A stretch of DNA of 64,000 nucleotides from Candidatus Shapirobacteria bacterium. GTDB lineage: Bacteria; Patescibacteriota; Microgenomatia; UBA12405. The notes beneath the pieces were generated by a model, which did not search any database, was not told where the DNA came from, and saw only the letters and a list, made by a program, of their open reading frames with translations. Shown here one piece after another: positions 1 to 8,852 of the stretch (within the stretch, counting starts at the first letter, position 1; each line of letters begins with the position of its first letter). Position numbers and translations under genes: made by a program. The stretch is taken from positions 2,838-66,837 of the forward strand of contig JAQWEN010000001.1 in the NCBI GenBank assembly GCA_028704885.1, in the 5' to 3' direction.

Positions 1-64
1 GCTAATTTATCACAGGCTAAAAAATATTAATATTACTTATTTCTTAAAGAGAAATAAAAAAATA

Positions 65-1180
65 TTAGATAATTTTTTGTCTTAATTTCAAAACTAGATT
101 ACTATAAGTCTGGCCATCAAGAACTCCACTTTTAATGATTTCGCCAACACCAAGACTGGCAATATCATCCATACTTATAGTTTTAGAACTAATGATTTTT
201 TCATAAAGAATTTTTAATTCCCGGTCGGTTATTAGAGCGGTAATTAAAATTGGATCATAATTTTTTATGGCCGAAACTTCTTTGATGACTGATCTGATTA
301 TTTCTTTTAATAAATCTGAATCTAATTTTTCATAATGAATATACATATAGTTTTTGAGTTCTCTAAAATTTTTAGCGACTTGGGAATCTTTAAAAGAGAC
401 ATAGCCCTTTTCGGCACTTTCTTTAACAAGAGCATTAATACAGAGACTGACTTTTGATTGTTGATCACTATAAATATTGGGATCGCAAGGAAAAATGGAA
501 TCGATTTTTTTTAAATCGGCTGAAGATAATTTATTAATACGGTGAAGATCGTTAATATCAGAAAAAACATAAGCAATTTTATCGCTATACATGGCTAAAT
601 TATATTCATCAACGGTACTGCCAGTAGACAATTCTCCACCACCGCGGGAATGATTGAGAATACCTTCAATGGTTTGTTTGGTTAGACTTAAACCGTGACC
701 GTTTCTTTCGATAAAAACAGCAATAATGGCACTAAAAATTTCATGTCGAAATTCACAACCAAATTCACGGGAAACAGTTTCAAACATATGACCGGCCGGA
801 GCATGACCAATGTCGTGACCATCACAAATGGCTTTAACTAAATTAGTATTTAAGCCCAAAATATCACTGGCAATCATGGCTGGATTACCGACTTCCATGG
901 TGTGGGTAGAACGAACTCGAATATGAGGATTGTCGGGATAAAAAATGACTTGAGTCTTAGAACCAAGTCGACGATAGGCTCTACTATCGGCAATTTTTAC
1001 TTGATCAAGAATAAAAGGATCAACAACACCTTCAAAATAAGAAAGATATTGGTCGGATATTTCTTTATCGCCGGAAATTCTAATTATTGGAGAATTTTTT
1101 AAATCAAATCTTTTATGACTTAAGGCACCTTTATATTCCAGAAGTTGAGAAAAAGCCGGATAAGAAGTTTTTTTTAGCAT
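65..1180 (-). CDS. HD-domain dNTP triphosphohydrolase (dGTPase-like)
   Basis: Motifs SRAYRRLGSKTQV, RSTHTMEV, GHDIGHAPAGH, FRHE and SDKIAY are typical of the dgt-like family. Confidence 0.8.
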   Translation of the reverse strand: MLKKTSYPAFSQLLEYKGALSHKRFDLKNSPIIRISGDKEISDQYLSYFEGVVDPFILDQVKIADSRAYRRLGSKTQVIFYPDNPHIRVRSTHTMEVGNPAMIASDILGLNTNLVKAICDGHDIGHAPAGHMFETVSREFGCEFRHEIFSAIIAVFIERNGHGLSLTKQTIEGILNHSRGGGELSTGSTVDEYNLAMYSDKIAYVFSDINDLHRINKLSSADLKKIDSIFPCDPNIYSDQQSKVSLCINALVKESAEKGYVSFKDSQVAKNFRELKNYMYIHYEKLDSDLLKEIIRSVIKEVSAIKNYDPILITALITDRELKILYEKIISSKTISMDDIASLGVGEIIKSGVLDGQTYSNLVLKLRQKII

Positions 1181-1183
1181 TTG

Positions 1184-1255
1184 TCCAGCGAGCAGGAGTT
1201 GAACCTGCCTACGACAGTTTTACAGACTGTTGCCTAACCGCCCGGCTCTCGCTGG
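1184..1255 (-). tRNA. tRNA-Tyr(GTA) with C1:G72, A73 and short variable loop (archaeal/eukaryal-type identity)
   Basis: Cloverleaf CCAGCGA GA GCC GGGCGGTTA GGC A ACAGT CTGTAAA ACTGT CGTAG GCAGG TTCAACT CCTGC TCGCTGG A; CCA not encoded. Confidence 0.92.
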
Positions 1256-1304
1256 TTTTGATGTGTTTGATTATAACAAAATTTGGTTTGTTTTGTTTTT
1301 TGGA

Positions 1305-1310
1305 TATAAT
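1305..1310 (+). promoter_or_regulatory. -10 box 6 nt before ATG (leaderless-type promoter; example of a window-wide pattern)
   Basis: TATAAT-AAGGTT-ATG(1317). Confidence 0.6.
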
Positions 1311-1316
1311 AAGGTT

Positions 1317-1730
1317 ATGAAACTTTGTAGTGCATGTTTATTAGGAATAAATTGCCTATATAATGGTGAAATAAAGTCTGATCAAAAAGTGCTTGAATTA
1401 GCAAAAAAAGAAATATTAATCCCCATTTGCCCAGAACAATTAGGTGGATTAACAACTCCAAGAGATGCAGCTGAAAATAAAGACAATAAAGTTTTTACAA
1501 AAAATGGAAAAGATGTAACAGAACAATTTACAAAAGGGGCTCAAGAGGTTTTAAAGATTGTTCAATTATTTGGAATTGAAGAGGCAATTTTAAAACAAAG
1601 AAGTCCATCGTGTGGTTATGGAAAAATTTATAGTGGTAATTTTGACGGGAAAATAATTGATGGTGATGGAATCACTGCAAAATTATTAAAAGAAAATGGA
1701 ATTAAAATAATTACTGAAGAAGATTTGTAG
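1317..1730 (+). CDS. DUF523 / 2-thiouracil desulfurase (TudS)-family protein
   Basis: SACLLGINCLYNG, PICPEQLGGLTTPR, LKQRSPSCG; start moved to ATG 1317 because the longer ORF overlaps the tRNA. Confidence 0.88.
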   Translation: MKLCSACLLGINCLYNGEIKSDQKVLELAKKEILIPICPEQLGGLTTPRDAAENKDNKVFTKNGKDVTEQFTKGAQEVLKIVQLFGIEEAILKQRSPSCGYGKIYSGNFDGKIIDGDGITAKLLKENGIKIITEEDL

Positions 1731-1733
1731 ACC

Positions 1734-2522
1734 TTACTCAATTCCCCAAAGGATGGAAAGATTGGCGGTGATGTCCATTTGACCACTTGAAATTGAACTA
1801 ATATCAGAAGCTTCATTTCGAGCAGTAGAAGCTGTCTTGAAATTAGCAATATTGGTGGAATAAGAGACAGGAGTAACATCATAGGTACTATCAGAAATGG
1901 AAACTGGTTTGGCTAGTTTTACTTTTGATAATTTGGCCAATTCTTGGGCTTTTTGTTGGGCTTTATTGAAGGCTAATTCTCGAGCTTTGGAAAATAATTC
2001 AGTTTTGTCTTCAATATCAAAATAAATTCCATTCATTTGGAGATTGTCTATAGTTGAAAGTTCATCAATAATGTTGACGGCCCTGGTGGCTTTATCATCG
2101 ATTTTTTTAATTTTGACTTCAAGAGTTTCTGATGCTTGTTGTCCGATAATTCGACGTGAAGCAGTGGAATAATCATATTCAGTGTAAACATTTAAATTAG
2201 AAGTAGTGATATCTGAATCAGAAATACCATTGTCTTTAAGAATTTTTAAAGCGGAATCAATTTTAGAATTAACTTTAGCAAGAGCTTCTTTACTAGTAGA
2301 AGCTTTTTCTTGAAAACCAATGTTTAATTGAACCATGTCGGGTTTAGCAGAAACTTTACCATCACCAGAAACAGAGATAGTGTTAGAAATTTTTCCACCG
2401 GATTCAGCCCCACCAGTGTTTTTAATATAAATGCCAGTACGGGAAATAAAAATGGCAGATAAAATAACAGTTAAAGAGATAATAATAACTGGAATAAGCT
2501 TTTCTTTATTGAGATTGATCAT
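1734..2522 (-). CDS. SIMPL (DUF541) domain membrane-anchored protein
   Basis: N-terminal TM helix; ISVSGDGKVSAKPD; AFNKAQQKAQELA. Confidence 0.85.
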   Translation of the reverse strand: MINLNKEKLIPVIIISLTVILSAIFISRTGIYIKNTGGAESGGKISNTISVSGDGKVSAKPDMVQLNIGFQEKASTSKEALAKVNSKIDSALKILKDNGISDSDITTSNLNVYTEYDYSTASRRIIGQQASETLEVKIKKIDDKATRAVNIIDELSTIDNLQMNGIYFDIEDKTELFSKARELAFNKAQQKAQELAKLSKVKLAKPVSISDSTYDVTPVSYSTNIANFKTASTARNEASDISSISSGQMDITANLSILWGIE

Positions 2523-2556
2523 AATTAAGTTTAACAAAGAGTTGGTAAAATTGATT

Positions 2557-3333
2557 ATGAAAGTAAAAATAATTTCTTGGAATGTAGCAGGAATGAGGGC
2601 GGCGGTAAGAAAAGGTTTGTGGCATAAAATGAAGGAAATTGATGCAGATATATATTGTTTTCAAGAAGTTAAAGCTAGACCAGAACAAGTGGAACTAGGA
2701 TTTGATTATCCAACTGGTTATCAAAGTTATTGGAATCCGGCCGAAAAGGCGGGTTATTCCGGGGTGGCAACATTTACTAAAAATGAACCAAAATCAGTGA
2801 TTGTTGGTGATCGAACTAATGATTGGGGCGATGAAGGACGAGTAATTATTACTAAATTTGATGAATTCACGTTATTAAATGTCTATTTTCCAAACGGAAA
2901 AAGAGATAAAGGTCGATTGGATTATAAAATGAAATTTTATGATTATTTTTTGAAATATATAAATGAATTAAGAGATAGAGGTGAAAAAATAATATTTTGC
3001 GGTGATGTAAATACGGCTCATCAAGAAATAGATTTGGCCAGACCTAAGGATAATGAATTAGTTTCGGGATTTTTGGAAATTGAAAGAAAATGGATTGATA
3101 AGGTAATTAAAAATGGATATGTGGATACTTTTAGAATGTTTAACCCCGCAGTGGCGGGACAGTATTCCTGGTGGAGTGAAAGATCGGGGGCAAGAAAAAG
3201 AAATGTGGGGTGGAGAATTGATTATTTTTTTGTGGATGAATCGTTAAAAGATAAGGTCAAATCGGCATTTATTCTGCCTAATGTGGAAGGATCAGATCAC
3301 TGCCCAGTGGGTATCGAGATAGATCTCAGTTGA
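2557..3333 (+). CDS. xth: Exodeoxyribonuclease III (AP endonuclease)
   Basis: ISWNVAG, FQEVK, GYSGVA, NVYFPNG, GDVNTAH, GWRIDYF, GSDHCP. Confidence 0.95.
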   Translation: MKVKIISWNVAGMRAAVRKGLWHKMKEIDADIYCFQEVKARPEQVELGFDYPTGYQSYWNPAEKAGYSGVATFTKNEPKSVIVGDRTNDWGDEGRVIITKFDEFTLLNVYFPNGKRDKGRLDYKMKFYDYFLKYINELRDRGEKIIFCGDVNTAHQEIDLARPKDNELVSGFLEIERKWIDKVIKNGYVDTFRMFNPAVAGQYSWWSERSGARKRNVGWRIDYFFVDESLKDKVKSAFILPNVEGSDHCPVGIEIDLS

Positions 3334-3349
3334 TCAGATTTTCAGACTG

Positions 3350-4042
3350 TCAGAATAAAAAGCATTTTGTCCCCTCTTTTTTGAGCCAGAGGTTGTGAAA
3401 TTTGCATTTAGAATCGTAGATGGTTAATTGACCCCAAAATTTAGATGAATGATTTTTAATGTCAAGATGGGTTAACTCGTGAAGTAAAATGTGTTGAAAT
3501 TGAGGATAGGGAAAGAAAATTATTTGCCAATTAAAGCTTAAATTGCCATGACCCGAGCAAGAACCATATCTTGAGCTTTGATTGCGAACGGTGACTTTGC
3601 CGTATTTAAAATTAAAATTTTTAGATAAATTAGCTAATTCTTTTTTAATTAATTTAAGGGCAAAAGGCCTTAATTTTGCTTCTAAAACCTTTTTGGCATG
3701 GGATTCACTAAATAAACTTATATTTGAATATATTTTTTGTTCAACTTCTTCAATAATTACCGAATCTCTTTGAGTTTTTATCCATTGAATTTCATAAGAA
3801 TTATCTAAGATTTTGATGGTTTTTAGACCTAGAATCGATTTTTTATGACTAATTTTTGACGAATGATTAATAATCCAATCAGAATTATTTTTAATAAATT
3901 TTTGAATCAAAAATTCAGGAGTTAAATGAGGGCAAGAAATTTGAAAAGATTTTTTAGAGATTAATCTGAGTCGAATAGACCTAATCCCCTTACGATTGAT
4001 CTGATACTCAAAAGGCTGATTTTGAAGCAAAATGGTGGCCAT
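3350..4042 (-). CDS. YgjP/DUF45 (M48-like) metal-dependent hydrolase
   Basis: RYGSCS, HELTHL...NHS..FW. Confidence 0.85.
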   Translation of the reverse strand: MATILLQNQPFEYQINRKGIRSIRLRLISKKSFQISCPHLTPEFLIQKFIKNNSDWIINHSSKISHKKSILGLKTIKILDNSYEIQWIKTQRDSVIIEEVEQKIYSNISLFSESHAKKVLEAKLRPFALKLIKKELANLSKNFNFKYGKVTVRNQSSRYGSCSGHGNLSFNWQIIFFPYPQFQHILLHELTHLDIKNHSSKFWGQLTIYDSKCKFHNLWLKKEGTKCFLF

Positions 4043-4058
4043 AATGATATATTAAACT

Positions 4059-4514
4059 ATGAGTCTTATTTATGTTGGTGCTGATCATAGAGGTTTTAAT
4101 TTAAAAAAAAAGATAGTGGAATATTTGAGAGGAATGGATTATGAAATAAAAGATTTGGGAGCAAATATTTATGATAAAGATGATGATTATAATGAAATTT
4201 CGGTAGAATTGGCAGAAAAAGTAGTCAGAGAAAATACAAAAGGAATATTACTTTGTGGATCGGGAGTGGGAGTCTGTCTGGCGGCTAATAAAGTTTTAGG
4301 GACAAGAGCAGCACTTTGTACAAGTCAAAAACAAGCCAGATTAGCCAGAGAAGATAGTGATGCTAACATTTTATGTTTAGCGACTGATTTGGTCAGCGAA
4401 GAAGATAATTTAGAAGTAGCAAAAACTTTTTTAGAAACAGTATTTTCTAGTGAAGAAAGATTTATTAGAAGAATTAATAAAATTAAAGAATATGAAAAAG
4501 CTAAACTCGGTTAA
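4059..4514 (+). CDS. rpiB: Ribose-5-phosphate isomerase B
   Basis: GADHRG, CGSGVG...ANKV.G.RAA, ANILCL. Confidence 0.9.
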   Translation: MSLIYVGADHRGFNLKKKIVEYLRGMDYEIKDLGANIYDKDDDYNEISVELAEKVVRENTKGILLCGSGVGVCLAANKVLGTRAALCTSQKQARLAREDSDANILCLATDLVSEEDNLEVAKTFLETVFSSEERFIRRINKIKEYEKAKLG

Positions 4515-5505
4515 AAATATTGAGGAAAATAAAACGGTAATTTTGAGAATGGATTTGGATTTGCCAATTAATAACGGTGAAATTTTAGATAACAGCCGAT
4601 TATTAAAATCGATTCCAACTATTAAATTACTATTGGCAAAGAAAAATAAAATAGTAATAGTGGGACATAGGGGTCGTCCAGTTGGAATTGATAAAAATCT
4701 ATCATTAAAAGCAGTTTATTTAGAATTAATAGAAATTTTAGAAAGAGAATGTGGCGGAGATTGTGTAAAAAATGTTTTTGTGGATGATATTAAAGATGAG
4801 AATAAATTAAAGAAGACAATTGAGGAAAATGAAATAATTTTTGGAGAAAATTTGAGGTTTTATCCGGAAGAAGAAAATGGTGATACTGCCCTATTTTCGG
4901 AATTAAAAAAATATTGTTCAGTATTTGTAAACGATGCTTTTGCAGTGGCTCACCGAGAAGCAGCTTCAATAATACTGCATCGAGAAATGGAAACTTTTTA
5001 TGGATTAAGTTTTGTAGAAGAAGCGGAAAAAATAGGTAATATTTTAGGAAAGGAAAATTTAGTAATAATTTTGGGAGGAGCTAAAGAAGATAAATTAAAA
5101 AATATTAATGAACTAAGTAAAATAGCTGATTGGATTTTAGTAGGAGGTAAGTTGCCAAAAATTATTAAAGAAAAAAATGAAAAAATGATTGTGGCAAATT
5201 TAAGAGAAGATGGATTGGATTTGAGTGATGAGGATATTGGAAAATTTAAAGAAAAAATTGAAATAGCCAAAACGATCGTTTGGGCGGGGGCGATGGGATT
5301 TTATGAAAAAGAAAATTGTCGTAAAGGAACTGAAGAAATTGCCAAAGCAGTGGCAGAATCTAGTGCTTATAAAATAATTGCCGGCGGCGATACAGCGGCT
5401 TCAATTTCTAAATTAGGACTAAAAAATAAAATTGATTTTGTTTGCAGCGGCGGCGGAGTAATGTTGGAATTTTTAACTAAAGGTAGCCTTCCGGCTTGGA
5501 GCTAG
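4492..5505 (+). CDS. pgk: Phosphoglycerate kinase (shortened)
   Basis: GHRGRP, ENLRF, VNDAFAVAHR, LGGAK, GGGDT-like AGGDT, SGGG. Confidence 0.9.
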   Translation: MKKLNSVKNIEENKTVILRMDLDLPINNGEILDNSRLLKSIPTIKLLLAKKNKIVIVGHRGRPVGIDKNLSLKAVYLELIEILERECGGDCVKNVFVDDIKDENKLKKTIEENEIIFGENLRFYPEEENGDTALFSELKKYCSVFVNDAFAVAHREAASIILHREMETFYGLSFVEEAEKIGNILGKENLVIILGGAKEDKLKNINELSKIADWILVGGKLPKIIKEKNEKMIVANLREDGLDLSDEDIGKFKEKIEIAKTIVWAGAMGFYEKENCRKGTEEIAKAVAESSAYKIIAGGDTAASISKLGLKNKIDFVCSGGGVMLEFLTKGSLPAWS

Positions 5506-5530
5506 ATCGTAGATGTTAGATCGTAGATAT
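5503..5530. repeat. Tandem heptamer repeat (TAGATNN x4)
   Basis: tagatcg tagatgt tagatcg tagatat between pgk and gap. Confidence 0.75.
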
Positions 5531-5544
5531 TATAAAATTAACAT

Positions 5545-6585
5545 ATGAAAAAAGATAAAAAAATAAGAATTGGGATAAATGGTTTTGGAAGAATTGGAAG
5601 TGTAGTATTAAGAGCAATATTAACGGAAAGATATGATGTAGAAGTGGCAGCAATTAATACCGATGGCCGATTTGATGTAGAAACTTTTGCTTTGCAATTT
5701 AAATATGATTCAGTTTATGGCCGAGCGCCTTGGAAAGTTGAATTTTCCGGCCCACAAAAAGCGATGGAAATTGGCCGACTAGAAGTGGGTGATCAATCAA
5801 TCCCCGTCTTTGGACAAATGGATCCAACTAAAATTCCTTGGAAAAATTATGATGTAGATGTGGTGTTGGAGTGTACCGGAGCTTTTACTGATAGCAAAGC
5901 TTTGGGTCACATAAAAGCAGGCGCTAAAAAAGTAGTAATTAGTGCTCCAGCTAAAGATCCAAAAATTCCGGTTTATATTTTGGGAGTAAATGGTGATAAA
6001 TATAAGGGAGAAAAATTAATTTCCAACGGGTCTTGTACAACTAATTGTGTAGCTCCAATTGTGAAATTAATTGATGAAAAAATTGGTTTTCAAGAAGGGA
6101 CATTAACAACAATTCATGCCTATACTACCAATCAAAATTTAGTTGATGGAAATTGTAAAGATCCACGACGCGGCCGGGCAGCAGCAATTAATATTGTACC
6201 GACAACAACTGGAGCGGCAGAGGCGGTGATAGCTGCCTATCCTGAAGCCAAAGGAAGGTTTGCTGGGACAGCAATTAGAGTACCAGTAATTTGCGGCAGT
6301 TATTCTGATTTAACTTTTAAAATGGTTCGCAAAACAACAGTGGAAGAAATTAATTCTATTTTTGAAGATGCTAGTTTAGAGCCAGAATTAGTGGGAAAAC
6401 TTAAAGTATCCTACGAGCCATTAGTTTCTTCTGACATTATTGGAAATAATGGTTCATGTATTATTGATGCCCGAATGACCAAGGTTATTTCTGATGATAT
6501 GATTTCGATTGGAGCTTGGTATGATAACGAGTATGGATATAGTTGCAGATTAATTGAAAATGCAATTGCAATATCAAATAAATAA
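5545..6585 (+). CDS. gap: Type I glyceraldehyde-3-phosphate dehydrogenase
   Basis: GINGFGRIG, SCTTNC, TTIHAYT, PTTTGAA, WYDNEYGYS. Confidence 0.96.
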   Translation: MKKDKKIRIGINGFGRIGSVVLRAILTERYDVEVAAINTDGRFDVETFALQFKYDSVYGRAPWKVEFSGPQKAMEIGRLEVGDQSIPVFGQMDPTKIPWKNYDVDVVLECTGAFTDSKALGHIKAGAKKVVISAPAKDPKIPVYILGVNGDKYKGEKLISNGSCTTNCVAPIVKLIDEKIGFQEGTLTTIHAYTTNQNLVDGNCKDPRRGRAAAINIVPTTTGAAEAVIAAYPEAKGRFAGTAIRVPVICGSYSDLTFKMVRKTTVEEINSIFEDASLEPELVGKLKVSYEPLVSSDIIGNNGSCIIDARMTKVISDDMISIGAWYDNEYGYSCRLIENAIAISNK

Positions 6586-7227
6586 ATGATAGTAATACCA
6601 ACAATTTTAGAAAAAGATTTCGCTTTAGCGGAAATAAAAATAAAACTAATTAAAGATAAATCCCGATGGATGCAAATTGATGTAATTGATGGATTTTTTT
6701 CGGATGGGAAAAGTTTTGAATTGGAATTATTAAATAAAGTCGGAAAGGAAATCCAAGGTAATTTACTGGATATACATTTAATGGTTAAAGAACCAATAAA
6801 ATGGATAGAAAAATGTAATTTTGTGGGAGCAAGTAGAATTATTGGCCAAGTGGAAATGATGAATAATAGGGACGAATTTGTGGAAAAAATTAAAGAAGCA
6901 GGATTGGAGGCCGGATTAGCATTTGATATTGAAACAGAAATTGGAGAAATTCCAAAAGAAACCGATTTAATATTATTAATGGGCAGAAAATCTGGTTTCA
7001 TGATGGCTGAGTTTGATGAAAAAATTTACGAAAAAATTAAAAAATTAGTAAAACTTAGAGAAAATAAAAAAATGGATTTCGAAATTGGAATTGATGGTGG
7101 AATTGATGAAGAAATAATTAAAAAATTAAAGATTGAAGAAGTCGATGTCGCCTATTGCGGTGGGGCAATTTTTAGTGGTAATGTTAATGATAATTGGGAA
7201 AAATTAAATTATGTTAGCAATAACTAA
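6586..7227 (+). CDS. rpe: Ribulose-phosphate 3-epimerase (divergent)
   Basis: QIDVIDGFF, DIHLMV..P, IGIDGGI; located in the pentose/glycolysis operon. Confidence 0.8.
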   Translation: MIVIPTILEKDFALAEIKIKLIKDKSRWMQIDVIDGFFSDGKSFELELLNKVGKEIQGNLLDIHLMVKEPIKWIEKCNFVGASRIIGQVEMMNNRDEFVEKIKEAGLEAGLAFDIETEIGEIPKETDLILLMGRKSGFMMAEFDEKIYEKIKKLVKLRENKKMDFEIGIDGGIDEEIIKKLKIEEVDVAYCGGAIFSGNVNDNWEKLNYVSNN

Positions 7228-7849
7228 AAAGAAAATAAAAAGAGTAGCTTTTTTTGGCGATGCTGATGCTAAACCAACAGATCAACATTATATTGATGCA
7301 TTTAATACAGCCAAACTATTGGCAGAAAATGGATATATTATAGTCAATGGTGGGGGCCCTGGAGTAATGCTGGCAGCAACGATGGGAGCAAAAGAGGGAA
7401 AAGGCAAAGTAGAACTAGTAATAATTGACGAAAAAGTTGATATGGGGCCAAATTATGAAGGCAGTGGAAAAGAAAATAAAAGTAAGGCTGATAAAATTTA
7501 TCGAGTTAAAACTATTCAAAGCCGAACTGAGAAATTAACTGAAATAGCTGATGCTTATGTAATTTTTAAAGGAGGTACGGGAACAATGGCAGAATTGGCC
7601 TTAGTATGGGAAAAGGCTAAATTTGAATATGGGAAACATGAACCATTATTATTTTTTGGTGATTGCTGGAGAGATACAATTGAAACTATGGTAAGAGATT
7701 TGAATTTTGATAAAACCGAGAGAAAAGTCTATGATTTTGCCGATAATTCAGAAGAAGTTTTAAAAATAATCCAAAACAAAAAAAGTTTAAAAAAAACAGA
7801 CAATGGTGGATTATTTGGTCGATTTAAGAAAATGATTGATAACTTTTGA
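7211..7849 (+). CDS. LOG-family nucleotide phosphoribohydrolase
   Basis: NGGGPGVM, GGTGTMAEL. Confidence 0.8.
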   Translation: MLAITKKKIKRVAFFGDADAKPTDQHYIDAFNTAKLLAENGYIIVNGGGPGVMLAATMGAKEGKGKVELVIIDEKVDMGPNYEGSGKENKSKADKIYRVKTIQSRTEKLTEIADAYVIFKGGTGTMAELALVWEKAKFEYGKHEPLLFFGDCWRDTIETMVRDLNFDKTERKVYDFADNSEEVLKIIQNKKSLKKTDNGGLFGRFKKMIDNF

Positions 7850-8809
7850 TTAATTTAAGAATTGAGGCTGAGAATTTTGTTTAATTAGATATGGCTTTTT
7901 GATACTTTCGAGAATATTTTCTTTGTCAACTTTTAAAATGTAAAGTTCTGATGAAGATGTTTCTTTTGACCAACTTTGATCAAAGACAAAATTACCTAAA
8001 GAATAATAAATTGGTTTATTTTTATAAATTTCGATTGATTGGAGTACATGAGGATGGTGACCATGAATAATGTCAGCGCCGGAATCGATAAGTTGATGAG
8101 CTAAATTAATACGCCAAGATTCAGGATTTTTTAAATATTCATTTCCCCAATGAAGAGAAACGATAAGCCAATCAACTTCTTGATTGTATTTTTTAACAGC
8201 ATTGATAATTTTATTTGAATCTAAATTTGGATTAGTAATAAAATCGTAACCTAAAAAACCAAAACTAATGCCATTAATTTCCTTTTTGACAAATTCGGTA
8301 TCAGAATCGTGTGAATAAAAATAAGTTATCTGATTTTTATTTAAATAATCTTTTGTTTGATTAAAACCGTCTTGACCATAATTAAAAATATGATTATTAG
8401 CCAAATTAAAAATAAATTTATTTTCTTTTAAATAGGGTAAAAAATTAGTATCGCCACAAAAAGTAAAAGTTCCAGTTTTACCTTCGGGGCAATTATTAAT
8501 AATTGGGCTTTCTAAATTGGCTAAATTAAAATCATTGGATTTTAAAACTGAGGTAACGTTTTGAAAAACCCAAGAAAAATCTTTTTTATTGCGAGAAATG
8601 GTGGTTATATAACGCCCGAGTCCTAAATCCCCAATTAAAGCAAAAGTAACTGTTTTTTTAACTTCCTGACTGGGAAAAATAATAAAACCAGTTTTACTTT
8701 TTATGGTATTTTCTAATTTTGGACTTATTATCGGTTTATCTACATTAAAAAAAACTAAAAAAGAAATAGCCAAAAAGATGATAAAAATTAAAATTTTTTT
8801 AAATATCAC
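7850..8809 (-). CDS. CapA-family metallophosphoesterase, membrane anchored
   Basis: ANLESP, LANNHIFNYG, LHWGNEY, GHHPHVLQ, YSLGNFVFDQ. Confidence 0.9.
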   Translation of the reverse strand: MIFKKILIFIIFLAISFLVFFNVDKPIISPKLENTIKSKTGFIIFPSQEVKKTVTFALIGDLGLGRYITTISRNKKDFSWVFQNVTSVLKSNDFNLANLESPIINNCPEGKTGTFTFCGDTNFLPYLKENKFIFNLANNHIFNYGQDGFNQTKDYLNKNQITYFYSHDSDTEFVKKEINGISFGFLGYDFITNPNLDSNKIINAVKKYNQEVDWLIVSLHWGNEYLKNPESWRINLAHQLIDSGADIIHGHHPHVLQSIEIYKNKPIYYSLGNFVFDQSWSKETSSSELYILKVDKENILESIKKPYLIKQNSQPQFLN

Positions 8810-8852
8810 TACTTAATCTTAACAAAGTTATTTTTTGATAAACTAGAAGGTA

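Noticed and set aside
65-1180. dGTPase as an anti-phage nucleotide-depletion defence gene
   Set aside because: No defence-island context in the window; a housekeeping dgt-like role is simpler
1087-1320. 77-aa ORF and the N-terminal extension of the 1230 ORF
   Set aside because: They run antisense across tRNA-Tyr; VQRAGVEPA is a typical tRNA shadow translation
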